NCBI GenBank assembly: GCA_964533495.1
Contig: CAZHJU010000008.1
Coordinates: 18,451-82,450, forward strand
Direction of reading: 5' to 3'
DNA: 64,000 nt
DNA from: an uncultured Bordetella sp.
GTDB taxonomy: Bacteria; Pseudomonadota; Gammaproteobacteria; Burkholderiales; SG8-41
Positions 41,035-51,894 of the stretch are shown in pieces (the stretch's first letter is position 1; each line of letters begins with the position of its first letter). The notes below the pieces were generated by a model, which worked only from the letters and a program-made list of their open reading frames with translations, did not search any database and was not told the DNA's origin. The position numbers were made by a program, and so were the translations under genes.

Positions 41035-42057
41035 ATGGATGTGACCGTTGCCATCGATTGCATGGGCGGTGACCACGGCGTGCGCGTGACGGTGCCCGCC
41101 GCGGTCGCATGGTCACGCCGCGATGCCGGCTGCAATTTCGTGCTGGTCGGATTGCAGGAACAGATTCTTGCGGAATTGCAGCGCGCCGGCGCAGCCTCCG
41201 GAGACCGCCTGCGCGTGCGCCACGCCAGCGAGGTGGTCGGCATGGACGAGCCGCCGGCCGGCGCGCTGCGCGGCAAGAAGGATTCCTCGATGCGGGTCGC
41301 CATCGATCTCGTCAAGAGTGGCGAGGCACAGGCCTGCGTCAGCGCCGGCAACACCGGCGCGCTGATGGCCATTTCCCGCTTCGTGCTCAAGACCCTGCCC
41401 GGCATCGACCGGCCGGCGATCGCGACCATGCTGCCGACGCTCAAGGGGCATACCCACATCCTCGATCTCGGTGCCAACGTCGACTGCAGCGCCGAACACC
41501 TGCTGCAGTTCGGCATCATGGGCGCCGAACTGGTGGCTTCCGTCGAGCACAAGCCGCGCCCCACGGTGGGGCTGCTGAACATCGGCGAGGAGGCCATCAA
41601 GGGCAACGAGACCGTCAAGGAGGCCGCGGTGCTGCTGCGGGCCAGCGGGCTGAATTTTCACGGCAATGTCGAAGGCGACGACATCTACAAGGGCACGACC
41701 GATGTCGTCGTCTGCGACGGCTTCGTCGGCAACGTCGCGCTGAAAACCTCGGAAGGACTGGCGCAGATGCTGGCGACCTATCTGCGCGAGGAATTCGGGA
41801 AGAGCCTGTTCACCAAAATGCTGGGCCTGGTGGCGATGCCGGTGATCAAGGCATTCAAGGACCGCGTGGATCATCGCCGCTACAACGGCGCGAGCCTGCT
41901 CGGCCTGCGCGGCGTGGTCATCAAGAGCCACGGCTCCGCGGACGTCTTCGCCTTCGGTTTCGCGATCGGGCACGCGATCAATGAAGTGCGCACCGGAGTG
42001 CTCGCGCATATCGGCGAGCGGATGGCCGCGCTGGAACGGAAAGCCCAACCCACATGA
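41035..42057 (+). CDS. plsX: Phosphate acyltransferase PlsX
   Basis: [15 protein letters not shown]... Confidence 0.95.
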   Translation: MDVTVAIDCMGGDHGVRVTVPAAVAWSRRDAGCNFVLVGLQEQILAELQRAGAASGDRLRVRHASEVVGMDEPPAGALRGKKDSSMRVAIDLVKSGEAQACVSAGNTGALMAISRFVLKTLPGIDRPAIATMLPTLKGHTHILDLGANVDCSAEHLLQFGIMGAELVASVEHKPRPTVGLLNIGEEAIKGNETVKEAAVLLRASGLNFHGNVEGDDIYKGTTDVVVCDGFVGNVALKTSEGLAQMLATYLREEFGKSLFTKMLGLVAMPVIKAFKDRVDHRRYNGASLLGLRGVVIKSHGSADVFAFGFAIGHAINEVRTGVLAHIGERMAALERKAQPT

Positions 42058-43019
42058 CGGTCATCCATTCACGCATCATCGGCACCGGCAGCTACCTGCC
42101 GGAGAAGGTCCTCACCAACGCCGACCTCGCGGCCACGATGGACACTTCCGACGAATGGATCAGGCAGCGCACCGGCATCCGGGAACGGCACATTGCCGCG
42201 GAAAACGAGAATGCGAGCGACCTCGCGCTGAAAGCGTCGCTGCGCGCGCTCGACGCCGCCGGCATTTCTGCGGGGCAGCTCGACCTGATCATCGTCGCCA
42301 CATCCACGCCGGACATGGTGTTTCCGAGCACCGCCTGCATATTGCAGGCGAAACTCGGGGCGAAAGGCATGCCCGCATTCGACGTGCAGGCGGTATGCAG
42401 CGGTTTCGTCTATGCGCTGGCGACGGCGGACCAGTTCATGCGCTCGGGCCGTTACGGGCACATCCTGGTGGTCGGCGCCGAGGTGTTCTCGCGCATCCTC
42501 GACTGGGAGGATCGCGGCACCTGCGTGCTGTTCGGCGACGGCGCCGGCGCGGTGGTGCTCAGGCGCAGCGATACGCCGGGCATCCTCTCGGCGCCGCTGC
42601 ATGCCGACGGCAGCCATGCCGGCATCCTGTCGGTGCCCGGCAGCGTCTGCGGCGGCAAGGTCAGCGGCCGGCCGTTGCTGCAGATGGACGGCACGGCAGT
42701 GTTCAAATTCGCGGTCAGGGTGCTGGAGGAAGTCGCGCTCGAGGCGTTGGCCGAGGCCGGCCTGCAGAAATCCGACATCGACTGGCTGATCCCGCACCAG
42801 GCCAACATCCGCATCCTGCAGGCCACCGCGAAAAAGCTGGGCCTGCCGATGGAGCGGGTGATCACGACGGTGGACCGGCATGCCAATACTTCGGCGGCCT
42901 CGGTGCCGCTGGCGCTCGACGAAGCGGTGCGCGATGGCCGCATCAAACCCGGGCAGCACGTGATGCTGGAAGGGGTCGGCGGCGGATTTACCTGGGGCGC
43001 GGTGCTAATCCAATGGTGA
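42054..43019 (+). CDS. fabH: 3-oxoacyl-ACP synthase III
   Basis: ...[15 protein letters not shown] (active-site Cys)...HQANIRI...GGGFTWGA. Confidence 0.95.
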   Translation: MTVIHSRIIGTGSYLPEKVLTNADLAATMDTSDEWIRQRTGIRERHIAAENENASDLALKASLRALDAAGISAGQLDLIIVATSTPDMVFPSTACILQAKLGAKGMPAFDVQAVCSGFVYALATADQFMRSGRYGHILVVGAEVFSRILDWEDRGTCVLFGDGAGAVVLRRSDTPGILSAPLHADGSHAGILSVPGSVCGGKVSGRPLLQMDGTAVFKFAVRVLEEVALEALAEAGLQKSDIDWLIPHQANIRILQATAKKLGLPMERVITTVDRHANTSAASVPLALDEAVRDGRIKPGQHVMLEGVGGGFTWGAVLIQW

Positions 43020-43032
43020 GGATCGATCAACG

Positions 43033-43962
43033 ATGAAACTGGCTTTGGTGTTTCCGGGGCAGGGCTCGCAATCGGTGGGCATGATGCAGGGTTTTGCCGA
43101 CAGCAGGGTCGTGCGCGACACCTTCACGGAGGCGTCCGATGCGCTGGGCCAGGATCTCTGGCGGCTGGCGGCCGAGGGGCCCGCGGACGAGCTGAATGCG
43201 ACGGTGAACACGCAGCCGGTGATGCTGACCGCCGCCTATGCGATGTACCGTGCCTGGCAGGAAGCCGGCGGCACGGCGCCGGCGCTGGTGGCCGGACACA
43301 GCCTCGGCGAATATACGGCGCTGGTGGCCGCCGGCGCGCTTTCCTTCGCCGACGCGGTGCCGCTGGTGCGTTTCCGTGCACAGGCGATGCAGGAAGCCGT
43401 GCCGGTGGGCACCGGTGCGATGGCGGCGATACTCGGGCTCGACGACGACGCGGTGCGCGCCGCCTGCGCCGATTCGGCGCAGGGCGAAATTGTCGAGGCC
43501 GTCAACTTCAACGCGCCAAGCCAGGTCGTCATTGCCGGACACAAGGCGGCGGTCGAACGCGGCGCGGCGGCAGCGAAGGCACGCGGTGCCAAACGCGCAG
43601 TGATGCTGCCGGTCAGCGCGCCGTTTCATTCCTCGTTGCTGAAGCCGGCGGCAAATCGTCTGCGCGAACGGATGCGGGACATCCCGTTCAGGGCACCTGC
43701 AGTCGCGGTGATCAACAATGTCGATGTCGCGGTGGTCAATGAGCCGGCGCAGATCAGGGACGCACTGGCGCGCCAGGCCTGCAGCCCCGTGCGCTGGGTG
43801 GAGATCGTACGCGCGTTTGCGGCGCAGGGTGTCACTCATGTCGTCGAATGCGGCCCGGGCAAGGTGCTGGCCGGCCTGACCCGGCGCATCGAGGACGGCC
43901 TGCAGGGATTCGCGGTCACCGATCCGGCATCGCTGCGGCAAACCATGGAGGCATTGCGATGA
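43033..43962 (+). CDS. fabD: Malonyl-CoA:ACP transacylase
   Basis: LVFPGQGSQSVGM...GHSLGEYTALV. Confidence 0.95.
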   Translation: MKLALVFPGQGSQSVGMMQGFADSRVVRDTFTEASDALGQDLWRLAAEGPADELNATVNTQPVMLTAAYAMYRAWQEAGGTAPALVAGHSLGEYTALVAAGALSFADAVPLVRFRAQAMQEAVPVGTGAMAAILGLDDDAVRAACADSAQGEIVEAVNFNAPSQVVIAGHKAAVERGAAAAKARGAKRAVMLPVSAPFHSSLLKPAANRLRERMRDIPFRAPAVAVINNVDVAVVNEPAQIRDALARQACSPVRWVEIVRAFAAQGVTHVVECGPGKVLAGLTRRIEDGLQGFAVTDPASLRQTMEALR

Positions 43963-44705
43963 GCACGCTCAAAGGCAGGGTGGCGCTGGTCACCGGCGCT
44001 TCGCGCGGCATCGGCCGGGGTATCGCGCTCGCGCTGGGCGCGGCAGGCGCCACGGTGGCCGGCACGGCGACGACGGCGTCCGGCGCGGAAGCCATCACGC
44101 GGGAACTCGGCGCGGCCGGGATCGGCGGCGCGGGTTACGCGATGGACGTCAACGATGCCACGCAGGTCGATGCCGTGCTGGCGGCGGTGCAGCAGCAGTG
44201 GGGCGACGTCGCCATCCTGGTCAACAACGCCGGCATCACCCGCGACAATCTGCTGATGCGGATGAAGGACGAGGAGTGGGATGCGATCATGTCGACCAAC
44301 CTCAAGTCGGTCTACCGCCTGTCGAAGGCCGTGATCCGGGGCATGATGAAGGCCCGGTCGGGGCGCATCATCAACGTGACCTCGGTGATCGGCTCGATGG
44401 GCAATGCCGGGCAGAGCAACTATGCAGCCGCCAAAGCCGGTGTCGAAGGATTTTCCCGGGCGCTGGCCCGGGAGGTGGGCAGCCGCAACATCACGGTAAA
44501 CTGCGTGGCGCCGGGATTCATCGACACCGACATGACGCGGGCGCTGGGCGATGCGCAGCGGGAAGGGCTGATCGGACAGATTCCGCTGGCCAGGCTGGGA
44601 AAGGTGGAAGATGTGGCCGGCGCCGTGGCCTACCTCGCTTCCGATGCCGCCTCCTACGTGACCGGCTGCACGCTGCACGTCAACGGCGGCATGCACATGG
44701 GCTAG
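43959..44705 (+). CDS. fabG: 3-oxoacyl-ACP reductase
   Basis: MSTLKGRVALVTGASRGIG...NNAGIT...YAAAKAG.... The ATG overlaps the fabD stop (ATGA). Confidence 0.95.
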   Translation: MSTLKGRVALVTGASRGIGRGIALALGAAGATVAGTATTASGAEAITRELGAAGIGGAGYAMDVNDATQVDAVLAAVQQQWGDVAILVNNAGITRDNLLMRMKDEEWDAIMSTNLKSVYRLSKAVIRGMMKARSGRIINVTSVIGSMGNAGQSNYAAAKAGVEGFSRALAREVGSRNITVNCVAPGFIDTDMTRALGDAQREGLIGQIPLARLGKVEDVAGAVAYLASDAASYVTGCTLHVNGGMHMG

Positions 44706-44750
44706 AATGCGCGGCGTGCACGGTTCTGCGGGCGATCTGGTAATTGTGGT

Positions 44751-44776
44751 AAGTTATTGTTTTTAAAGGATTTTTT
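44751..44776 (+). repeat. AT-rich WTTGWTTTTAAA motif copy
   Basis: AAGTTATTGTTTTTAAAGGATTTTTT in the fabG-acpP spacer. Confidence 0.5.
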
Positions 44777-44883
44777 AAATACGGTTTGTGGTAAAATCCA
44801 CGCTTTTACGGAATCGCCGGCATGCCCGGTCACGGGTCCGGGCGATTCCAGACATCAGCAAGCAACGCGAAAGGGGACAGTAG

Positions 44884-45123
44884 ATGGACAATATCGAGCA
44901 ACGCGTCAAAAAGATTGTTGCCGAGCAACTCGGAGTCAACGAAGCTGACGTCAAGAACGAGTCGTCCTTTGTCAATGATCTGGGCGCAGACTCTCTGGAT
45001 ACCGTCGAGCTGGTGATGGCACTGGAAGAGGAGTTCGAGACCGAGATTCCGGACGAGGAAGCCGAGAAAATCACCACCGTGCAGCAGGCGACCGACTACA
45101 TCAAGTCCCACCTGAAATCGTAA
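44884..45123 (+). CDS. acpP: Acyl carrier protein
   Basis: 79 aa containing the phosphopantetheine attachment motif [12 protein letters not shown]. Confidence 0.97.
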   Translation: MDNIEQRVKKIVAEQLGVNEADVKNESSFVNDLGADSLDTVELVMALEEEFETEIPDEEAEKITTVQQATDYIKSHLKS

Positions 45124-45129
45124 GTTCGC

Positions 45130-45158
45130 GGGGAAGGCGCGCTGCCTTCCCCCGTTTT
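45130..45158 (+). terminator. Hairpin terminator/attenuator after acpP
   Basis: GGGGAAGGC-GCGCT-GCCTTCCCC followed by CGTTTTCC. Confidence 0.6.
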
Positions 45159-45196
45159 CCACGGATCCGGGAGCGTTTCGCGCTCCCTCCTGCATC

Positions 45197-46444
45197 ATGC
45201 CGCGTCCAACCACCCGCAGAGTCGTCGTGACCGGACTGGGGATCATCTCCCCGGTCGGCATCGGCATCGACGAATCCTGGTCCAGCATCACCGCCGGCAA
45301 ATCCGGGATCACGAAAGTGACCCGCTTCGACGCTTCGGGCTACAGCTCGCAGATCGCCGGGGAGGTGAAAGGTTTCAATGCCGGCGATTACCTGCCGGTC
45401 AAAGAGGCCAGGCGCTTCGACACCTTCATCCATTACGGCCTTGCCGCAGGCATCGACGCCATCAAGGATGCCGGACTGGATCTGGAGAAGCTCGATCGCC
45501 AGATGATCGGCGTGTGCATCGGCTCCGGCATCGGCGGCCTGCCGCTGATCGAGGAAACGCACAATGCGGTGCTGGCCGGCGGCCCGCGCAAGATTTCCCC
45601 GTTTTTCGTGCCCGGCACGATCATCAACATGATCTCCGGCCAGCTGTCGATCATGTACGGGCTGCAGGGGCCGAACATCTCGGTGGTCACCGCCTGCACG
45701 ACCGCCAACCACAGCATTGGCGAGGCGGGGCGGCTGATCGAGTACGGCGACGCCGACATCATGATCGCCGGCGGCGCCGAATCGACGATATCGCCGCTCG
45801 GCATCGGCGGCTTCTGCGCGGCCCGCGCGCTGTCCTCCCGCAACGACGATCCCGCCACCGCGAGCCGTCCCTGGGACAGGGATCGGGACGGATTCGTGAT
45901 GGGCGAGGGCGCCGGCGTGCTGGTGCTCGAGGAATACGAGCATGCGAAGAAACGCGGCGCGCGGATCTACTGCGAACTGGCCGGCTACGGACTCAGCGCC
46001 GACGCCCACCACATCACGGCGCCCTGCGAGGATGGCGCCGGCGCCGTGCGCTGCATGAACAATGCCCTGCGCAATGCCGGACTGAACCACGACCAGATCG
46101 ATTACATCAACGCCCACGGCACCTCGACGCCGCTGGGCGACATCGCGGAAACCACCGCGGTCAAGAACTGTTTCGGCGCGCATGCCGGAAAACTGGCCGT
46201 CAGCTCGACCAAGTCGATGACCGGCCACCTGCTGGGCGCGGCCGGCGGCATCGAGGCCGTGTTCTCCGTGCTGGCGATCCGCGACCAGGTCGCGCCGCCG
46301 ACCATCAACCTGGTCAACCAGGATCCGCAGTGCGATCTCGATTACGTGCCCAACACCGCACGCTCGATGAAGATCGACGTCGCGCTTTCCAACTCTTTCG
46401 GATTCGGCGGCACCAACGGTAGTCTGGTGTTCCGCAGGATCTGA
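45197..46444 (+). CDS. fabF: 3-oxoacyl-ACP synthase II
   Basis: [15 protein letters not shown]...[10 protein letters not shown]...[11 protein letters not shown]...SFGFGGTN. Confidence 0.95.
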   Translation: MPRPTTRRVVVTGLGIISPVGIGIDESWSSITAGKSGITKVTRFDASGYSSQIAGEVKGFNAGDYLPVKEARRFDTFIHYGLAAGIDAIKDAGLDLEKLDRQMIGVCIGSGIGGLPLIEETHNAVLAGGPRKISPFFVPGTIINMISGQLSIMYGLQGPNISVVTACTTANHSIGEAGRLIEYGDADIMIAGGAESTISPLGIGGFCAARALSSRNDDPATASRPWDRDRDGFVMGEGAGVLVLEEYEHAKKRGARIYCELAGYGLSADAHHITAPCEDGAGAVRCMNNALRNAGLNHDQIDYINAHGTSTPLGDIAETTAVKNCFGAHAGKLAVSSTKSMTGHLLGAAGGIEAVFSVLAIRDQVAPPTINLVNQDPQCDLDYVPNTARSMKIDVALSNSFGFGGTNGSLVFRRI

Positions 46445-46473
46445 TCTGCGCCGGGCCGGCAGCCGCGGCAGCC

Positions 46474-47301
46474 ATGCCGATGACGCTGGTTGACGGGGTG
46501 CCGGATGCCGGCGTCCCCGCCGACGACCGCGGCCTGGCCTACGGCGACGGCGTGTTCCGCACGATGGCGATGCGCAGGGGACAGGTGCTTCGCTGGCCGA
46601 GGCACTACGCGAAACTCGCATCCGATTGCGCGGCGCTGGACATCCGTCCTCCAGACGAGTCGGCGCTTCTTCAGGATATCCATGCCGTTGCCCGGCGTGC
46701 GCCCGATTGCAGCCTGCGCATCACGGTGACCCGGGGCAGCGGCGGCCGCGGTTATTCCAGGCCTGCCGAAGCCGCACACCGGCGCATCGTTTCCGCGGGC
46801 CCGTTGCCCCTCCATCCGCCGGAATGGGCGACGACAGGGGTTGTCGTCCGGCTGTGCAGGCTGCAGTTGTCCGTGCAGCCGGCGCTTGCCGGCGTCAAAC
46901 ACCTCAATCGCCTGGAAAACGTGCTGGCGCGCGCCGAATGGGATGATCCTGCAATCGCCGAAGGGCTGCTGCAGGATGCCGCCGGAAACATCATCGAAGG
47001 CACGCGCTGCAACCTGTTCCTGGTCGAGAACGGCATGCTGGTGACGCCGGACCTGTCCCGCTGCGGCGTTGCCGGGGTCACCCGGGACCTGGTCATGGAA
47101 TTCGCCGCGCGCTACGGCATGCGCTGCAGCGTGGAGTCCGTCAGCCGCCAGCGCCTGGAATCGGCAACGGAGATCCTGCTGGTCAACAGCCTGATCGGCG
47201 TGTGGCCGGTGGCTGCCTTCGGGCAACTGCGGTGGCGGGAATTCGCTGTCGCGGCGCTCGTGAGAAAATGGCTTGATGCGTTCGATCATCCGCCTGTTTA
47301 G
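46474..47301 (+). CDS. pabC: Aminodeoxychorismate lyase (class IV aminotransferase fold)
   Basis: ...DRGLAYGDGVFRT...VKHLNRLENVLAR.... Conserved position before mltG. Confidence 0.8.
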   Translation: MPMTLVDGVPDAGVPADDRGLAYGDGVFRTMAMRRGQVLRWPRHYAKLASDCAALDIRPPDESALLQDIHAVARRAPDCSLRITVTRGSGGRGYSRPAEAAHRRIVSAGPLPLHPPEWATTGVVVRLCRLQLSVQPALAGVKHLNRLENVLARAEWDDPAIAEGLLQDAAGNIIEGTRCNLFLVENGMLVTPDLSRCGVAGVTRDLVMEFAARYGMRCSVESVSRQRLESATEILLVNSLIGVWPVAAFGQLRWREFAVAALVRKWLDAFDHPPV

Positions 47302-48292
47302 ATTCCTGCTGTGGTCTGCGGTGCTGGCGCTGCTGGCGGCGGTGGCCGGACTGTATTACTACGCGCACCACGATCTCGGGCTGGGCGCCGCTCCGGTGAC
47401 CTTCGAGCTGCGTGCCGGCAGTTCGCTGCGCAGCGTGTCGGCGCAGCTGGCGGACGCAGGGATCATCGGGCGCCCTGAATGGTTCGAACTGATGGCCCGC
47501 CTGCGCGGTGAATCGGCGAAGCTGAAGGCGGGCAATTACGAATTCTCCGGTGCGCTGACGCAGCTGGCATTGCTGGACCGGATCACGCGGGGCGACGTGA
47601 CGCTGGTCGCGGTGACTTTTGTCGAAGGCTGGACGTTCCGGCAGATGCGCAGGACGCTGCAGGAACATCCCAAGGTGCGCGCCGAAGCGGCAACACTGAG
47701 CGAGGCGGAGCTGCTGCAGAAACTGGGCATTGCGCGGCCGGCTGGCGAAGGCTGGTTTTTCCCGGACACCTATCATTTCAGCGAAGGCACGACGGACCTG
47801 GCGATACTGCGCCGCGCGCACCAGCTGATGCTGCGCCACCTCGACCAGGAATGGGGACGGCGCGCGCAGGGCCTGCCCCTGAAATCTCCCGAGGAGGCAT
47901 TGATCCTGGCCTCCATCGTCGAAAAGGAAACGGGTCGCCCTGAAGAGCGGGGCATGGTGGCGGCCGTATTCATCAACCGGCTGCGCATCGGCATGCGGCT
48001 GCAGACGGATCCGACGGTGATCTACGGCATGGGGGAGGCCTTCGACGGCAACATCCGCAAAAGCGATCTGACCGCGGATACGCCCTACAATACCTATACC
48101 CGGGCCGGCTTGCCGCCCACACCGATCGCCATGCCAGGACTGGAAGCCTTGCGCGCCACGCTGAATCCCGCCGCGAGCGACGCCATGTATTTTGTCGCCC
48201 GCGGCGACGGCACTTCCAAGTTTTCACGCACGCTGGCCGAACACGAGCGGGCGGTGGACCTTTACCAGCGCCGGGGACGCCCGCGCCAGTGA
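47273..48292 (+). CDS. mltG: Endolytic murein transglycosylase MltG (YceG)
   Basis: N-terminal TM helix, ...ASIVEKETG...DPTVIYG...YNTY...GLPPTPIA. Confidence 0.92.
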   Translation: MMRSIIRLFRFLLWSAVLALLAAVAGLYYYAHHDLGLGAAPVTFELRAGSSLRSVSAQLADAGIIGRPEWFELMARLRGESAKLKAGNYEFSGALTQLALLDRITRGDVTLVAVTFVEGWTFRQMRRTLQEHPKVRAEAATLSEAELLQKLGIARPAGEGWFFPDTYHFSEGTTDLAILRRAHQLMLRHLDQEWGRRAQGLPLKSPEEALILASIVEKETGRPEERGMVAAVFINRLRIGMRLQTDPTVIYGMGEAFDGNIRKSDLTADTPYNTYTRAGLPPTPIAMPGLEALRATLNPAASDAMYFVARGDGTSKFSRTLAEHERAVDLYQRRGRPRQ

Positions 48293-48903
48293 GCCGCGGC
48301 CGCTTCATCACGCTGGAAGGCATGGACGGCGCCGGCAAGACCACGCACCTCGAGTGGCTGCGCGGCCACCTTGCCGGTCGCGGACTGCCCTTGACCGTGA
48401 CCCGCGAGCCGGGCGGAACCCCGCTGGGGGAAGCGCTGCGCAAACTGCTGCTCGACAGCCATGAGCCGCGGACCCCGGACACCGAGGCGCTGCTGATGTT
48501 TGCGGCCCGCCGCGAGCATATCGCGACCGTCATCGAACCGGCCTTGGCCGCCGGCCGCTGGGTGCTGTGCGACCGTTTCACCGATGCCACCTATGCCTAC
48601 CAGGCCGGCGGCAGCGGCATGGCCTGGGACCGCATTGCCGCGCTCGAGCGCTGGGTGCAGGGTGAACTGCAGCCCGACCTGACCCTTTATTTCGATCTCA
48701 GCCCCGAAATCGGGCGTGCCCGGACGAGGCAGGCGCGCAACCCGGACCGGTTTGAGCGGGAGCAGGCGGAATTCTTCGAGCGGGTGCGGGCGGCCTATCT
48801 GCGGAGAGCAGCGGAACACCCGCAAAGAATCCGGGTCATCGATGCCGCAGGCAGCGTGGCCGAAGTGCAGGCAAAGCTTGAGAATATATTTTCAACATTT
48901 TGA
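48289..48903 (+). CDS. tmk: Thymidylate kinase
   Basis: [17 protein letters not shown]...DRF.DATYAYQ. Confidence 0.95.
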   Translation: MSRGRFITLEGMDGAGKTTHLEWLRGHLAGRGLPLTVTREPGGTPLGEALRKLLLDSHEPRTPDTEALLMFAARREHIATVIEPALAAGRWVLCDRFTDATYAYQAGGSGMAWDRIAALERWVQGELQPDLTLYFDLSPEIGRARTRQARNPDRFEREQAEFFERVRAAYLRRAAEHPQRIRVIDAAGSVAEVQAKLENIFSTF

Positions 48904-48913
48904 TTTTAAATAT
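48894..48913 (+). repeat. AT-rich WTTGWTTTTAAA motif copy
   Basis: AACATTTTGATTTTAAATAT spans the tmk stop codon. Confidence 0.4.
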
Positions 48914-48978
48914 AAATTCAACCCCCCATTCAATTGCTGGTGTTTTCTGAAGATAATTTTGTAATTATCTGATTATTA

Positions 48979-49989
48979 ATGACTATCTGGTTCAAATCAG
49001 AGTTGGCGCGTTTGCTCGCGCAAAAGGATCAGCTGGCCCATGCGCTGCTGCTCAAAGGTCCGCGCGGCATCGGCAAGCAGGATTTCGGCATGGCACTGGC
49101 CCAGGGCTTGCTGTGCGAGCAGCCGGGACCCGAAGGCGCGGCCTGCGGCCGTTGCAATTCCTGCGCCTGGCTGGCTGCCGGCGCGCACCCCGATCTCCGC
49201 ATGCTGTCGCCGGCGATCGAGGGTGAAGCCGATCCGGAGGCCGCTGACGGTGCAAAAAAAACCAAGGCCAGCCCTTGGATCAGCGTCGAGCAGGTTCGTG
49301 ATCTGCATGATTTCATCCATGTTTCCAGCCATCGCGGGGGACGCAAGGTCATCGTGGCCAGCCCGGTGGAAGCCCTGAATGCCAATGCCGCCAATGCCCT
49401 GCTGAAAAACCTCGAGGAACCGCCGGCGCGGACTCATTTCATCCTGATCAGCCACCGTCCGCACCGGCTGCCGCGCACCATCATCAGCCGCTGCCGCCAG
49501 CTCAGCCTGGGACTGCCCGATCCGGCAACGGCCTTGGCCTGGCTGCGGGAGCAGGGCGTGGCGGAACCCGAGGCAGCCCTGGCGCAGAGCTCGGGAGCGC
49601 CGCTGCTGGCGCTGGCGGCAAGCGAGGGCGGGGAACTGGCGGAACGCAGGAATGTTCTCCGGCATATCGCCGATCCCGATTTCGATCCGCTGGCGGCGGC
49701 GGAAGCGCTGCGCGACCTGCCGCTGGAGCGCTTCATCGGCTGGATGCAGAAATGGACCCATGACATCGTCAGCCAGCGCATGCTGGGCAGTATCCGCTAC
49801 AACCCCGACATGGCGCGTGAGCTGGCGCTTGTCGCCCGCCGCACCGATCCACTCGCGGCATTGCGGCTGCACCGCAAGCTGGTGCGCGAGCAGCGCAACA
49901 TCCACCATCCGCTGAATGCGCGCCTGTACCTCGAAAGCGTGCTGGTCGCCTACGCGGCCACCGTGAATCCCGCGCGCCAGATCGCCTGA
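48979..49989 (+). CDS. holB: DNA polymerase III subunit delta'
   Basis: ...HALLLKGPRGIGK...CGRCNSC...NALLKNLEEPP...SRC. Confidence 0.9.
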   Translation: MTIWFKSELARLLAQKDQLAHALLLKGPRGIGKQDFGMALAQGLLCEQPGPEGAACGRCNSCAWLAAGAHPDLRMLSPAIEGEADPEAADGAKKTKASPWISVEQVRDLHDFIHVSSHRGGRKVIVASPVEALNANAANALLKNLEEPPARTHFILISHRPHRLPRTIISRCRQLSLGLPDPATALAWLREQGVAEPEAALAQSSGAPLLALAASEGGELAERRNVLRHIADPDFDPLAAAEALRDLPLERFIGWMQKWTHDIVSQRMLGSIRYNPDMARELALVARRTDPLAALRLHRKLVREQRNIHHPLNARLYLESVLVAYAATVNPARQIA

Positions 49990-49990
49990 C

Positions 49991-50758
49991 ATGCTGGTCG
50001 ACTCGCATTGCCACCTGGATTTTCCGGAACTGGCCGACAAGCTGCCGGCCGTCCTCGACGTCATGCGCGAAAACGGGGTTACCCGTGCCTTGTGCGTCAG
50101 TGTCACGCTGGAGGATTTTCCGAAAGTGCTGGCGCTGGCCGAGCAGCACGAGCAGCTTTGGGCCTCGGTGGGCGTGCATCCGGATTACCCCGACCTGCGC
50201 GAACCGTCCGTAACGGAATTGGTCGAGCTGGCGCAGCATCCGAAGGTGGTCGCCATCGGTGAAACGGGCCTCGACTATTACCGTCTGACCGGGGATCTCG
50301 AATGGCAAAGAGAACGCTTCCGGGTGCATATCCGCGCGGCGCGCGAGGCCGGTAAACCGCTGATCATCCATACGCGTTCAGCGGCTGCGGACACGCTGCG
50401 GCTGATGCGGGAAGAGGGGGCGGGGGAGGCCGGCGGCGTCATGCACTGCTTTACCGAAAGCTGGGAAGTCGCCCGCGGCGCACTGGATCTCGGGTTCTAC
50501 ATCTCCTTTTCGGGAATCGTGACGTTCAAGAACGCCAAAGACCTGAAGGAGGTGGCGCGGCAGGTACCTCTGGACCGGATGCTGGTGGAAACGGATTCCC
50601 CTTATCTGGCGCCGGTGCCATTCCGGGGCAAAACGAACCAGCCCGGCTGGGTCAGGCACGTGGCGGAGGAAATTGCCTGTCTCCAGGGCCGCGAATTCTC
50701 CGAAGTTGCCGCCGCGACCACGGCAAATTTTTATAAATTATTCAATTTAAACAAATAG
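49991..50758 (+). CDS. TatD-family metal-dependent hydrolase (YcfH-like)
   Basis: MLVDSHCHLDF...GETGLDY...HTR...ETDSPYLAP. Confidence 0.92.
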   Translation: MLVDSHCHLDFPELADKLPAVLDVMRENGVTRALCVSVTLEDFPKVLALAEQHEQLWASVGVHPDYPDLREPSVTELVELAQHPKVVAIGETGLDYYRLTGDLEWQRERFRVHIRAAREAGKPLIIHTRSAAADTLRLMREEGAGEAGGVMHCFTESWEVARGALDLGFYISFSGIVTFKNAKDLKEVARQVPLDRMLVETDSPYLAPVPFRGKTNQPGWVRHVAEEIACLQGREFSEVAAATTANFYKLFNLNK

Positions 50759-50762
50759 ATAT

Positions 50763-51407
50763 ATGGTATTTCGAAACTATATTCTGAGATTTTTGCTGAT
50801 CGGATTCTTGGGGACCAGCATCACCGCCCAGGCCGGCGCCTACGAGGACATGCTGCAGGCCATCCATCTGGATGATGAAAAAGCCATTGCCGAACTGTTC
50901 CGGCGCGGCATGGACGTCGATACGGTCAGCCCCAAGGGCGAAACCCTACTGATGCTGGCGGTCCGCGAAGGCAAGCCCGGCGTGGTCAAAACCATACTGA
51001 CCGCCCGTCCGCGCCTGCATTCCAGGAATCCGCTGGGGGAATCGGCGCTGATGCTGGCAGCCATCCTTGGCCACACGGAAATCGCCAGGCTGCTCCTGGA
51101 CGCCGGAGCGCCGCCCAACCAGCCCGGCTGGACGCCGCTGATCTATGCGGCGGCCCGCAACCGGGTGGATATCGGCCGGATGCTGATTGCCAAGGGTGCG
51201 GACATCAATGCCGCGGCCGCAAACGGCACCACGGCGCTGATGATGGCCGCGCGCGAAGGCCATCTGCCGATGCTGCTGATGCTGCTGGAGCACGGCGCCG
51301 ATGCGAAATACGTGTCGCCGTTCGGGCATTCGGCGCTGGGTAATGCACGGGACCGGGGACATGCGGAAATTGAGGCTGTGCTGCGCAGGGCTGGGGTTGA
51401 GGAATAA
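50763..51407 (+). CDS. Secreted ankyrin-repeat protein
   Basis: Signal peptide, then repeated ...G.T.LM.AA..GH...V..LL..GA... units (at least 4). Confidence 0.85.
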   Translation: MVFRNYILRFLLIGFLGTSITAQAGAYEDMLQAIHLDDEKAIAELFRRGMDVDTVSPKGETLLMLAVREGKPGVVKTILTARPRLHSRNPLGESALMLAAILGHTEIARLLLDAGAPPNQPGWTPLIYAAARNRVDIGRMLIAKGADINAAAANGTTALMMAAREGHLPMLLMLLEHGADAKYVSPFGHSALGNARDRGHAEIEAVLRRAGVEE

Positions 51408-51592
51408 GAATTCCTGGAGGCATAAAACAAGACCTTTGAGCTGGCTGCTTACTACATTATGATTCGTATAATGTGTATTATGTAAAATAATACATGCGGT
51501 ATTGCGGACCATAATCCGGGCCAGAATCACCCAAATAATCAAGGACTTGATACCGTTCCCTGTCGCGACACAATAAAAACGACAGGAACAAC

Positions 51593-51886
51593 ATGACACG
51601 CTACCGGATGCCGCCCGACTGGGCGAACTACGGCGCACGCTGGGGCAATGACGGCCTGCTGTATCTGGCCGAATGGCGGCGCGGATTCACGCACGGAGAG
51701 CTGCGGGCAATGTTTTTCGAATGCCAGCAGGTGCGGACCCTTAAAAACGAACGGGACGCCGCACGGCGCGATCTGGAGGCCCTAACGGCCCAATTTGAGG
51801 CCGTGGAAAGCCGTGCGGCATGGTATCGGCAGCAACTGACCCGAGAAGCCCGCCTCTACCCGCTATTTCAGCGACTCAGCCGCTAA
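51593..51886 (+). CDS. Hypothetical protein, possibly DUF3653-like (phage/island regulator family)
   Basis: 97 aa with AGGA 7 nt upstream of the ATG. ...WGNDGLLYLAEWRRGFTHGELRAMFFECQQVRTLKNE... is followed by a coiled-coil-like tail. The family call is from memory of the W..G....G...T.gELRa pattern only. Confidence 0.4.
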   Translation: MTRYRMPPDWANYGARWGNDGLLYLAEWRRGFTHGELRAMFFECQQVRTLKNERDAARRDLEALTAQFEAVESRAAWYRQQLTREARLYPLFQRLSR

Positions 51887-51894
51887 AGACCCAC

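Noticed and set aside
44789-44797. Extended -10 promoter TGgTAAAAT for acpP, and the direct repeat TTGTGGTAA (44744 and 44787).
   Set aside because: It is plausible, but there is no convincing -35 and no transcription start data. It is not listed as a feature.
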